A stretch of DNA of 64,000 nt from Octopus sinensis (taxonomy: Eukaryota): contig NC_042997.1 in the NCBI RefSeq assembly GCF_006345805.1, forward strand, positions 89,156,001 through 89,220,000, read 5' to 3'. The position numbers and the translations under genes were made by a program. Each line of letters opens with the position of its first letter. The stretch's first letter is position 1. This document shows positions 13,479-25,962 of the stretch, piece after piece. The notes beneath the pieces are model-generated. The model did not search any database. It was not told the DNA's origin and saw only the letters and a list, made by a program, of their open reading frames with translations.

Positions 13479-14096
13479 AGAGTAAGCACATAAATGTGAA
13501 ACAAGGTGGGAAAAAATAGTACTCGAATACCGGAAGCAGAGTAATATGCTTTTTCATTAAAACTGCAAAAACATCACAAACAAACTGCTACTCAGAGTTT
13601 CACATTTCCGTTCGTCGGACAGCAGTGATACAATACGACGGACTTCTTTCGGTTTCCACCTACCAAATCCACTCACAAGGCTTTGGTCGACCCCGAAGCT
13701 ATAGTAGACGCTACTCGCACAAGGTCCCACGCAGTAGGACTGAACCCGAAACCATGAGGTTGGGGAACAAACTACTAACCACACAGCCACGCCAGTAAAT
13801 ATATATATATAAATGGCACGAAAATAGTTTCGAGAAAAGTATCTGAAATGGCATGAAATAACGATCCCCTGGTGTATACAGAATCATTCTGACAAGTATT
13901 TACAAACCAACCTGGCATAGTAATCAATGACTAACGATGCAAGACTTTACTCTGAGTCTTTGTCATGCCCAGTGATAGTAACATTTCAATTAAAGAGACT
14001 GACAAGCTATCTAAATACGAGAATCTGGATATAGCGTTATTAGAAAATGTATGAAATATATATTACCAGCAGCTAGTGTCCATCATATTTGGAAAT

Positions 14097-14167
<71 letters not shown>

Positions 14168-14473
14168 TGTGTGTGTGTGTGTGTGTGCGTGCGCGTGCAT
14201 GTAAGTTTAACGTGAGTGGATGCTCGAAAACATTGATTTGTCAAGGAATTCAACTCCAAGTGCAATATCTCCAGAAATTGGTGTGTGAGTGCATGCATGT
14301 ATGTATGCATATATAAGTATGTGTGAGAAAGAGAATACACAGCTGATCTTTCTAAATATGAGTGTGCGTGGTTGTGCATGTTTGTGTAGGATATGCATGT
14401 GTGCATGCTTTTTCATGTGTATATAAATGTAATGAAAATATTTTCAGACAGACAGACAGACAGACAGACAGGC

Positions 14474-14521
<48 letters not shown>

Positions 14522-14539
14522 GATAGATAGATAGATAGA

Positions 14540-15200
14540 TAATTACAGTATCACAACTTCGACCAGACCATCTGATGCTGTTATACAAAGCTGGTCACAA
14601 TGCGCTTCCAATTTTGTCTTGATTGCGCCATTCTTTTACATATAGACCTAGATTGCTTCACTAAATCGTCTTTCCATCATCGTGGCCTTTTCCGATCTCT
14701 CAGATGCCACTCGGTAACTGCACGAGTCAACCTGTTGTTGTCTGTGAACCTTGCGACATGTCCGGCAGAGAAAAAATTGTACTTTCAGTACTCTGTGATC
14801 ATATTGTTCACTCCGTTCCGTTCTCGAATTATCTCATTTCGAATGAGATCTCTTAATTTTCCCATGGCCCTTTACATCGTGGCCAATCGATTTTCTAACC
14901 TCTTCGTAGCAGCCCACGTCTGGCTTGCGTATGAGAGCGCATGTAGGACAGAGCTATTGAAGAGTCTGGCATGTAAAGCCCCGACCAGCTTTGTTTGGAG
15001 AACATCCTGTATTAAGTTAATGCCTTCCATCCTGCCCTTATTCTCTTTGAGATTTCAACGTCCATATCTCAGTGCCTATTCACTGTTTACCCTAAGTAGA
15101 CGTATTCCTTTACCTCCTCGATTTCATCGCTTTCTACCTCTATTCGCCCTTATGCTACATCTTCTGATCGCATGTACTTTTTCATGTGGTTCGTTTTAAG
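14540..15200 (-). mobile_element. RTE-clade LINE 3' fragment
   Basis: Minus-strand translation includes EEVKEYVYLG, EISKRIRAGWKA and AGHVARFTDNNRLTRAVTEWHLRDRKRPR. A short 3' UTR ends at an (ATCT)n tract. Confidence 0.8.
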
Positions 15201-15339
15201 ACCTACTACTAAGCTTTAAGTGTATATATACCTCACCACATAATTATTTCTAGTTAGCTTTTTAATGTTTTTTTTTAATCAATTCCGTTAACACTAACTT
15301 GGTTATTGTTTTTCATGCAGATAGCGCCTCTTAATCTGT

Positions 15340-15930
15340 ATTCTTTATATGTTTCTGTAGCATGAATTGCTGGTCAGACATCACAATGCAAACAACAGAT
15401 CTTGCTTACTGCTACTTCATGCTCTTCAAGATGACGTCGAGCCTCTGGAGACTTCCCTTAATCACGTCCAGCTATCTGGTACGGGGCCTGCCACGGGCCC
15501 TCTTCCACGGGCGAGAGTAAAGCCCAGGCTGGATGACCTGATGGGAGGCAGAGGACATACCCATATCGGTGCATGTGACGGATAGCTATGAGGTGGGAGG
15601 CTGCGGGCTGATGCGTGCGCTCACGCAGGTCTTCGTTGAAAACTTGATGGTACCATCTAATGTACTCGATGGTTCTCAGAGTTCTGCATTCTGGATATTT
15701 CATTGCCTACACGTTGCTGTTTATACGTGTATCAGCTCCGATCGAAGAAACCTATGATCCAAGGCGTTCTATCCATGACCATTCACACGTTTTGCATATC
15801 CAAGACAATATTATTCAATACGGCCCTCCTTTGCTGCAGTTAATGTTGTTCAGCCCCAAGTCAGTTCTGATCGAGCAGGATTATGATCAAAACCTTTCCA
15901 TCGATGAGTAACTCAGTTTTTATTCAGATA
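15340..15930 (-). mobile_element. Second RTE/RTEX-like LINE 3' fragment
   Basis: Minus-strand IRWYHQVFNEDLRERTHQPAASHLIAIRHMHRYGYVLCLPSGHPA resembles the C-terminal region of RTE-type ORF2. Confidence 0.6.
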
Positions 15931-17650
15931 CACTGTATCTAGGACTTCATTATCTATTAGGTACTTTTTTATAGTTGTTTATTTTGTTTTGTTTTTGCTT
16001 CTTCTTTTGACATGGGAGTCCTAACAGTTGGATGTAATTCGAGGGCGATTTATCTGCTATTTCTAACACGTCGAACAACCGCATAGAAGCATCTTCAGTA
16101 TCTGTAAGGTCAGTGTCGAATTTTCTTTGTTCGCCAGCGTTCCAACCGTGGCTATCCCATCTTCTTGTCCAACATACTCATACATCATTGACGCCCACAA
16201 TATATTTATTCCTTATTTCAGACAGGCTTCGATTTATGATACGTTGGCCGTCATTGCTAGCGACACTATGTAGTCACCTGACTGTATAGATCTACCTTCA
16301 TTGAATTTTTAGTGGTGGAGTTGGTCATGTGAGGTGGTGGTGGTGGTGCTGCTGCTGCTGCTGATGATGATGATGGTGCTGATGGTGGTGCTGGTGCTGG
16401 TACTGGTGGTAGTGGTGCTGGTGGTGGTCATGTAGCAGTTAGTATGTGGCAGTTTGAAGAAAGGATGGATTTATCATACATTAACGTATCTATTCAGTCT
16501 CAATATGTTCTGGCAGATTCGAACGTGCATATCTGATCTTTGTTACTCATCATCGGAAAAAATTTCCCTATAAGCGACTACGGCGTTTTCATAGCACACG
16601 TGATTCCCGGTGAACACACGTCGCCTAAAGGGAAGTCGGGGTGTTCTCCGACGACGGAAAGCAACAGTGGTCGGATATTCAACGTTCGAATGTGTCAGAA
16701 AGTATTGAGAATGAATACGTTAGTGTCTGAATTCTAGGTTTTCTACGTACACCCTCATGAATTATTTATCATACAGTTAAGATGACAATTGGTGTGTATG
16801 TGTCAAAAAGTCATTCAGATGTTTGTAGACGTAGGTGGAATTGAAATTAGGTGGAATAGCAACAGCTGATTCATAAAATTAAAAATGAAAGCCATTCTAG
16901 TGTTTGTGGGTGTATAGACTTGCGCGTGGATAATGTGTCCATGTGATATGTGAATGGGTGAGTGTTATATTTATTATACCTGGTGTGTTGTGTTGCTGTT
17001 GTTAGTATGTATGTAGTTTTTTTGGTGGTGATGGTGATGGTGGTGGTCGTCGTCACCGTCGTCGTTGTTGTCGCTATTATTGTTTTGTTCCGGGCTAGCA
17101 CTGATCCATCATAACCACGATAAAAGGCATTTTAGCTGGGACCATCCCATTTTTTTTTTCTTTGAGCAGGAATCTCAGCTCCACATTATCCAACATGATA
17201 ACTGAAGAGATAGCGGCGTGGGTTTCCGCCCCGACATCTAAAACTCGGAGTTTTATCATGGCTACCGTATAATTGTCACATATTAATTTTACAGACTGAG
17301 AATTCGAAGTATTTCAAGCGGTTGAAAGAAATTTGATAAGATCCAGGAACTGTATTGTGCAATGTACCGTAGATTGAAAACGGTAATGTGCGTTGTTAAC
17401 GAACATGGTCACTATTCCTACCAGATAGAACACGACATCATGGTAGCATGTAGATATATACAAGTACGACATCGATTTTCCGGAATGGAACCTTTCGTTC
17501 CAAAACCTTTCCAAATTATTTTTTGCCACAAAGGAGTGGTCACCATAGTTAACACATTCGAAATTAAGCAAATTTATATTAAATTTACTTAGGCGCAGGC
17601 GTGGCTTCATTCAGTTTCCGTCAACAAAAATCGTATATATATATATATAT

Positions 17651-17682
<32 letters not shown>

Positions 17683-17954
17683 ATATAATATAATATTAAT
17701 ATATATATATATGCATATATACATACATATATGTATATACCTACATGTATATGTATATATACATGCATATATATGGGTACATACGTCAAAAAAACGTGAA
17801 CAGAATGAAAAACGAAAACAGGAAAAAACAAAAACAAGGAAAACGAATTTTTTTCGGACAACGAAAAAAAAACAAATAGAGAAACGAGGCAGGCAACATA
17901 AAGAGCAATCCCTTCATCAGTTGTCCCCTGTTTTATCTACTCTGCGTTTTATCT

Positions 17955-18530
17955 ACTCTGGTTGCATGGTAACAAGCTTGCTTCCCAACTACATGGTCCC
18001 GGGTTCAGTCCCACTGCGCAGCACCTTGCACAAGTGTCTTCTACTATAACCTTGGGCCGACCAAAACTGTGTCAGTGGATTTAGTAGATGGAAACTGAAA
18101 GAAGCCTGTCGTATATACATATATCTATTTGTGTGTGTCTTTGTGTCTGTGTTTGTCCCCCACCACCGCTTGGCAACCGGTGTTGGTATGTTTATGTCCC
18201 CATAAATTAGCGGTTCTGCGCAGCACCTTGCACAAGTGTCTTCTACTATAACTTCGGGCCGACCAAAACTGTGTCAGTGGATTTAGTAGATGGAAACTGA
18301 AAGAAGCCCGTCGTATATACATATATCTATTTATGTGTGTGTGTGTCTTTGTGTCTGTGGATGTCCCCCACCACCGCTTGGCAACCGGTGTTGGTATGTT
18401 TACGTCCCCATAAATTAGCGGTTCGGCAAAAGGGACCGATAGAATAAGACCCGGTTTTTTAAAAAAATAATAAATACTGGGGGTCGATCCATTAAGTCTT
18501 CAAGGTGATGTTCCAGCAAAAGATAGAAGA
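17955..18530 (+). mobile_element. SINE family A copy with internal ~202-bp tandem duplication
   Basis: TGCGCAGCACCTTGCACAAGTGTC...CATAAATTAGCGGTTC occurs twice, starting at 18015 and 18217. Confidence 0.8.
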
Positions 18531-18731
18531 TAAATAATTAAATGAAATACATGTACCTGTACATTAGTATAAATTATACAAGTATATTAATACTTTAATG
18601 TGCAAAGTACCAGTAAACTAGTCCGGTGACCGCGGAAACTTAAAGTTACTGTTCGTAAATTAGCGTGGACTATAAGAGGTTCTGGACCACCTATGTCAGG
18701 AAATTCGACGTCGTATCTTGTGTGTTATAAG

Positions 18732-18762
<31 letters not shown>

Positions 18763-19251
18763 GTGACTGGAGTGTGGAAGTTTGTAGTGATCAACTGTGT
18801 TTAATCTAATCTGTGCGTAAGGGGGGTAGGCGCGTGAGGGAATGGGGACGTGAGATTGAAAGGGAATGAAAAATAAAAAACATTTAACTTCTATTTCCTA
18901 TACCATGGTTTCAAGCTATCTTCAGCAAATAAAATAATTTACTTGGCGAAGCTCCCGTCAGTAGGAAAGCCAAGATTAACATATAAAGACGAGGCGATAT
19001 AGAACATGCCTCGTGTTTACATGTTATAAAAGCATGTGTTCTGTCTGTGTGTGCGTGTGGTATGATTATGTGCTGTTATGTAACTCCAGATCAACCTGGT
19101 CGAGCAGCCGTACGATCAAAGACATTCTGGATTTTAAGTGATAACTAAGAAAACTCCGCTTTTTAAGATGGTTGTGTATGATTTTAGGGAGATTTGACTG
19201 CTGTTACTAGCAGGACAAATGACTGTGAAGAAGTATCATTTACATGGCTAT

Positions 19252-19498
19252 AGGTGCAGGCGTAGCTGTGTAGATAAGAGGCATGCTTCCCAACAATGTG
19301 GTCTTGGGTTCAGTCCCATTCCGTGGTACTTTGGGTAAGTGTCTTCTACTATAGCCTCGGACCGACCAAAGAAAGCCTTGTGAGTGGATTTCGTAGACGA
19401 AAACTAACAGAATCCCGTTGTGTGTGTGTGTGTGTGTGTGTGTCTGTGTGTATGTGTGTCTGTACGTGTGTATGTGTGTGTATGTGTGTGTGTGTGTG

Positions 19499-19529
<31 letters not shown>

Positions 19530-19735
19530 TGTGTTATGTTTGTCCCTCACCACTGCTTGACAACCGATGCTGGTTTGTTTATGTTCTCATAACTTAACGA
19601 TTCTGCAAAAGAGAACAATAAAATAAGCACCCAACTTTAAAACAAGTACTGGGTTGATTTGTTCGAGTAAAACTCTTCAAGACGGTACCCCAGCATGGCC
19701 GTATTCCAATGACTGACACAACTAAAAGATATAGA
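19252..19735 (+). mobile_element. tRNA-headed SINE family A, representative full copy
   Basis: Head GCAGGCGTAGCTGTG...GGTTCAGTCCC, internal (GT)n, tail ...ATGACTGACACAACTAAAAG. Similar copies at ~2326(+), 13636(-), 17955(+), 28975(-), 32380(-), 35140(-), 36655(+), 38535(-), 49225(+), 49690(+). Confidence 0.8.
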
Positions 19736-19769
19736 TATAGTATATGTGATGGATGTAGCGTGTTCTGTT

Positions 19770-19805
19770 GATAGATAGACAGACAGACGGACAGACGGAC
19801 GGACG

Positions 19806-19845
<40 letters not shown>

Positions 19846-19928
19846 CAGACAGACAGACAGACGGACGGACGGACGGACGGACGGACGGACAGACAGACAG
19901 ACAGACACAGACAGACAGACAGACAGAC

Positions 19929-20017
<89 letters not shown>

Positions 20018-20018
20018 C
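19770..20018. repeat. Compound (AGAC)/(GGAC)/(AGAT) tetranucleotide array
   Basis: Direct reading. Confidence 0.95.
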
Positions 20019-20290
20019 GGACAAACAGATATTTATGTGTGCATTATGTATTTATGAATGCATACATGATGATGTATGCGAGCGAGTACGCACACGTGTG
20101 TGTGTCAGGCGTTTCTCTTTCCAGAAATCCGAAGTACTTCTGTACCACTAAAATAATTATAAATGAATTCCATATGATTCTGAGAAAGACAAAGATGGGT
20201 TTAACTCCTGAACCCACGCACACACCACTTTCAAATGAATACTCACACCATTTACATATATGACAAACAACGTATGTGTGTGTGTGTGTG

Positions 20291-20337
<47 letters not shown>

Positions 20338-20455
20338 ATATACATATATAAATAAATTCCAGGGTTGCAAAAAGAATTAAGAAAATTTCTTTGCTACCAG
20401 TGGTCTAGCAAGAAGAAAAAAACTAGTCAATAGACTATATATTATTCATATAAAA

Positions 20456-20992
20456 ATACAGTGTACATTTAAACACATAAAAGATGGTCATAACAAGACA
20501 TCTGACCCACTAGAAGGAGTAGTTAAACTCCAAACCCCTTTTAGGGATAATTTTGAAAGGAAATGAAAAATAAAAAACATTTAACTTCTATTTCCTATAC
20601 CATGGTTTCAAGCTATCTTCAGCAAATAAAATAATTTACTTGGCGAAGCTCTCGTCAGTAGGAAAGCCAAGATTAACATATAAAGACGAGGCAATACAGA
20701 ACATGCCTCGTGTTTGCATGTTATAATTTTTTATCGGCAGCAAGTATAAAAAATGCCGATTTTCTTCAACAATTAGCCAAAAATCATTATATCATTATTA
20801 ATAAATTCTGACGAGAGCATCGCCAAGTAAATTATTTTATTTGCTGAAGATAGCTTGAAACCATGGTATAGGAAATAGAGGGTAAATGTTTTTATTTTTC
20901 ATTCCCTTTCAAAATTACCCCTAATAGTGGTTTGGAGTAGGGTCAGATGTCCTGTTATGGCCATCTCTTATGTGTTTAAATGTACACTGTAT
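20456..20992. repeat. Inverted repeat (~200-bp arms, 149-bp spacer) carrying hammerhead motifs
   Basis: 20456-20658 is the diverged reverse complement of 20808-20992. A further direct copy lies at ~18860-19030. Confidence 0.88.
20591..20665 (-). ncRNA. Type I hammerhead ribozyme motif, best-preserved copy
   Basis: Minus strand reads UUUCCUA-CUGACGA-GAGC...(extended stem II)...GCUU-GAAA-CCAUGG-UA-UAGGAAA. It has a 7-bp stem I, an intact core and a palindromic stem III. Predicted cleavage between 20598 and 20597. Confidence 0.8.
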
Positions 20993-21089
20993 GTATATAT
21001 ATATATATATTAGTATATATTGTCAGACAATTTAATGACTGATTGCAAACCAGACATTTATCTCACTGTATAACAATTAGTAGTTTTGT

Positions 21090-24000
21090 GACTGGATGAC
21101 GACAGCAGCAGCAAAGGCAGCAGCAAAGGTGGCAGCAAAGGCAACAGCAAAGGCGGCAGCAAAAGCAGCAGCAAAGGCGGCAGCCCTGATCCTAAATATG
21201 GATGCACAAAAGGCACCTTCTTCCATCATAAATTCTGCTAAACTTCTGTGTCACTAAAGATGTGCTTGAACCCAGAATGCAACTATCACCATCTGAAGGG
21301 CACAAAACGATCGAAAAATAAAAAACAGCACCAGATGAGACCTACGACAACAACAAAAACAAAATAAAACCACATTTCACCTCCTACAACCCCAAACAAC
21401 GAAGGCAGAACTATGGAAAAATCATAACACCAAATAACATAAACATGAACTATGTATCATCTGACCAAGTGGCAAACCAAAGAGGCAATTCTTTTTTACT
21501 AACTTATCTAGAAAATATGAAGGCCAACCTAAGCCAGGAGATCCGAGCTATCTGCAACCATTTATGCAAAACACAAAGAACACACCCACCACCAACTAGA
21601 AAATCACACACACACAGCTCCATACAAAACTACCCTCATTGCTACCTCTGAACAACATAAGACATAACACTGAGCTCTTAGAACAATGCAAATATCAAAC
21701 TACTTTTACCTTGACATTCCTATTGAATGTACATGGCATCAACCCATCACTCTTTACCCTAAAATGGAAGATCCCATATATAGAGAGTTGGCTCCCCTCT
21801 CTTTATCCTTACTGAAACTCACCTAAACAGCACACATATGGATGCCAAGGTGAAAATAAAAGATTTCACCATCATCCGTGCAGACTGCACAGACCAAAAT
21901 AAGGTGGGGACAGCCATCTTTCTCCATGACTCCTTTTCAGTTGATACCAAGGACATATTTTCCAATGGCTATAGTGAATCTACATCACTATTCAACAAGG
22001 CCAAAGACATAATCATTGTTGGTCTTTACAGGCCTCCCCAAGCACCTCTAAAGTGCTTTGAAGAATGCCTCAACAAAATCAAGTCCTTCCTTCAAAAATA
22101 CAACTCTGGAAACATACTAGTGATGAGTGATTTTAACCTTCCTCATATAAACTGGCCCACAAATACTCTGAAGTTAGGCAAATGTTCTACATCAAAGCAG
22201 CAGCAGAATTACTCTTTAATCTAATGGATACATTTTTCCTGACTCAGCTAGTGCTCGAATCAACAAGACAGGATAAATCGATCTTGGATCTAAAATTAAC
22301 CAACCACTCTAGCTCTGTTCACAGTATTTCAGTTGAAAAAAATTCTCCTCTCAGACCACATGATACTCTGCAATTTTAATTCCCGGCATATCAAAACCAA
22401 ACCAGCCAATCCCACTCCACTGCACTTATTTGACAACATAAACTTCCACAAAGCGGACTGGGGAGCAATCAGAAAGGATCTGTCCATCATCGACTGGTCC
22501 TTCACTCTCAGTTCCACTCACATTGAGACTGCATGGCAGCACTTTGAGAACATTGTCATCTATACATGCTGAAAACACGCTCCTACAAAATCCACTAACA
22601 CAAACAGAAATCGGCTCCCTAGAAAGAAAAAACACTCATCAGGTGCATCAAAAGACTCAATAAAAAAAATCAACCAATTAAAATACTCCCACATACAACA
22701 TCCACATTCAACAATAATGAAAAGGCTGGAGTTGGAAAAACTTCACCTGCAGACCGACATGAAAACCTCCATTGAAAATCAAAGAGCTACAGAGGAACGG
22801 TGGGTAATCAAAAAAATCAAACAGAACCCAAAAGTGTTCAATTCATGTGCAAATAAGCATAGAATCGCTGCCTAACCCATTGGGCCATTGATCGATGATA
22901 ACGACATTCCCCAACACGATGCTAGAGAAATGGCAGAAATACTACAGAAACAATACAGCACTGTCTTTAGTGATCCCACTGATATTCGCGTAAGAGAAGC
23001 GAACGAAGTTGATTCCCAACATAAAATCTCGGCTTCACTGCCTCAGACATCATAGCAGCAATAAATGAGGTCAAATACTGTAGACCCTGATAGATTCCCT
23101 GCTAGTCTCCTGAAGGAATGTAGACACCAACTTGCAGTTCCTCTGACCAACCTCTGGAGAAATTCTTTAGACTCAGGTTATATACCGAAACAGCTCCTAT
23201 CCCAGTTTTCAAACAGGGAAACAGATCCCTCGCAGTCAACTATCGCCTAATCTCACACACCTCCTACATCATTAAAGAGTTTGAAAGAGTGGTAAGATCA
23301 AGGATAGCTGGCTTCCTGGAGATCCACAAACTCCTAAATGCAAATCAGCATGGCTTTCGCTGTGACAGGGACTGTCTAACACGGCTCTTACACCATATTG
23401 AGGATATACTTAAAGCCTTGGGAACAGGTTCGAACTCTGATGTCATATATCTTGACTTCAGTAAAGCGTTCGACAGGGTTGACCATAATATCTTACTCTC
23501 AAAATTGGAAAATGCTGGAATCCGTGGAAAACCTCTACACTGGATTGAATAGAGCACATGTTGTGGTCGATGGAGTCCACTCAAGCCCAGCAAAAGTCAC
23601 CAGTGGTCTCCCTCAGGGGACTGTCTTGGGCACGTTCCTCTTTATAATCTACATAAATGACCTTTCCAGCGTCATAAAACACTGCAAAGTGAAAATATTT
23701 GCTGATAACACTAAGCTCCAGCAAATCATCAATGAAGAAGAATGAACTCAACTCCAGTCTGATCAATATACAGTGAGTCAATGGGCAGACAAAAACAAAA
23801 TGCAACAAAACGAGGGAAAATTTGAGCTGATGCATTTTGGAAGAAAGACTATACTAAAACAGCCATACTCTCTTCCTTCAGGGGAACCGCTCACACCTAA
23901 TAATATCAGAGAACTAGGAGTAATTGTTGATAACAATCTCAGTTGGAGTGCCCACATCAGCAATAAGGTCAATATAGCTCGTAGGATGAGCTCCTGGATC

Positions 24001-24665
24001 TTAAGAACCTTCCGGTCCAAAGAACAAGGTGTCATCATCCCACTTTACTCCTCTTCTGTACGGCCACACCTCGAATACTGCTACCCACTGTGGTCTCCCC
24101 GTACAAAACAAAACATCTCGAAAATTGAATCACCCCAGAGGGAGTTTACTAAACAAATTAAGGGCATGACTAATCTCGATTACTGGGACTGCCTTAAAGT
24201 CTTGAAACTCTACTCTATCCAGCGCCGCTGCAATCGGTAGATCATTTGCACGATGTGGAGAATATACCGCCAGCATTGCCCAAATGACCTGAACATTAGC
24301 TTCAAGGTTCATCCAAGGCTGGGACTATGGGCCATACGTCCCCTGCCCAATTCAGGATCACAACACATAAATACACTGCGACACAATTTCTTTTCCTCAA
24401 CAGGCCCTGCCCTGTTTAACATTGTCCCAAAACTGATCAAAGAGGAAAAGGATCCCATCAACTTTAAATGGATTCTGGACAAATTTCTTCAAGGAATACC
24501 GGACAAGCCACCTATACCTGGATACAATTCACTCAACAAGAAATCACTACTTGAATGGACCATGATACCGCAAAACTTGACTTTAAAAAGATTTAGATAA
24601 TCCTATTAGGTGGTGCTATTAAGTTAGACATGGCCTGGACCAATCTTTGGTCGAAACATATCTAA
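21090..24665 (+). mobile_element. CR1/L2-group LINE, long decayed copy (ORF1 3' end, APE, RT)
   Basis: Cys/His-rich ORF1 remnant (CLNPECNYHHLKGTKR, ~21260-21310). APE motifs IIIVGLYRPP and VMSDFNLPHINW. RT motifs QHGFR, YLDFSKAFDRVDH, SGLPQGTVLG, IFADNTK, VRPHLEYC.PLWSP. Multiple stops and frameshifts. Confidence 0.88.
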
Positions 24666-24909
24666 GTTCATATATCATCATCATCATCATCATCGTTTAA
24701 CGTCCGTTCTCCATGCTAGCATGGGTTGGACGGTTCGACCGGGGATCTGGGAAGCCAGAAGGCTGCACCAGGCTCCAGTCTTATCTGGCAGTGTTTCTAC
24801 AGCTGGATGCCCTTCCTAACGCCAACCACTCCGTGAGTGTAGTGGGTGCTTTTTACGTGCCACCTGCACAGGTGCCAGGCGAGGCTGGCAATGGCCACGG
24901 TCGGATTGA

Positions 24910-25605
24910 TGTATTTTATGTGCCACCGGCACGGAAGCCAGACGAGGCGGTGCTGGCATCGGCCACGAGTCGGATGGTGCTTTTTACGTACCACCAGACC
25001 AGGGATCCTGGCTGGTTCAATTCGATTTCGATTTCGATTTCGCTTGCCCCAACATGTCTTCGCAAGCAAGGGGGTTGGCATGGGTGCCTGTTGTACGGTC
25101 AGATTGGTGTATTTTACGTGCCACCGGCACGGAAGCCAGTGGAGGCGGCACTGGCATCGGCCACGAGTCGGATAGTGCTTTTTACGTACCACCAGACCAG
25201 GGAACCTGGCTGGTTCGATTCGATTTCGCTTGCCCCAACATGTCTTCGCAAGCAAGGGGGTTGGCAAGGGTGCCTGTCGTACGGTCAGATTGGTGTATTT
25301 TACGTGCCACCGGCACAGAAGCCAGTGGAGGCGGCGCTGGCATCGGCCACGAGTCGGATAGTGCTTTTTACGTACCACCAGACCAGGGATCCTGGCTGGT
25401 TCAATTCGATTTCGCTTGCCCCAACATGTCTTCGCAAGCAAGGGGGTTGGCATGGGTGCCTGTTGTACGGTCAGATTGGTGTATTTTACGTGCCACCGGC
25501 ACAGAAGCCAGTGGAGGCGGCGCTGGCATCGGCCACGAGTCGGATAGTGCTTTTTACGTACCACCAGACCAGGGATCCTGGCTGGTTCAATTCGATTTTG
25601 ACTTC
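24910..25605. repeat. 186-bp tandem repeat (~3.7 units) inside a family B SINE
   Basis: ATTTTA(C/T)GTGCCACCGGCAC starts at 24913, 25111, 25297 and 25483, giving periods of 198, 186 and 186. Confidence 0.9.
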
Positions 25606-25654
25606 GATTTATATATACATATATATATATATACATACATACATATATACATAC

Positions 25655-25962
25655 ATCACATGATCACATGACCGACCAGACCATCAGATGTTGCTACACA
25701 CCGCTGGTCACAATGTGTTCGCATTGTTTTAGCCTTTGAATGATGCGACCCCGCTGGCTAAGCGAGCAGGCCAACAGAAGAAAGAGTCAGAGAAAGAGTG
25801 GTGAAAGAGTACAGCAGGGATCACCATCCCCTGCCGAAGCCTCGTGGAGCTTTTAGGTGTTTTTGCTCAATAAACACTCACAACGCCCAGTCTGGGAATC
25901 AAAACCGCGATCCTACGACCACAAGTCCGCTGCCCTAACCACTGGGCCATTGCGCCTCCACA
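25655..25962 (-). mobile_element. tRNA-derived SINE with RTE-like 3' tail
   Basis: Head with A-box-like TGGCCCAGTGG and B-box-like GGTTTTGATTCCC. The tail resembles the 3' end of the RTE fragment at 14540-14620. Confidence 0.75.

Noticed and set aside
14600-15199. 199-aa plus-strand ORF
   Set aside because: It is the antisense frame of the minus-strand RTE fragment.
17314-17610. Non-repetitive 98-aa minus and 76-aa plus ORFs
   Set aside because: No recognisable homology, and no convincing splice-site pair compatible with the candidate exons downstream.
24622-24660. GACCA/TGGTC hairpin followed by GAAAC at the CR1/L2 3' end
   Set aside because: It lacks a CUGANGA strand and is better explained as the usual LINE 3' UTR stem-loop.
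24910-25605. CRISPR-like or protein-repeat gene interpretation of the tandem array
   Set aside because: The units are near-identical with no unique spacers, the sequence is SINE-derived and the context is eukaryotic.
25860-25962. Possible tRNA genes at SINE heads (also ~19255, ~30916, ~49690)
   Set aside because: Only A/B-box-like heads fused to SINE bodies; no complete cloverleaf with an acceptor stem.
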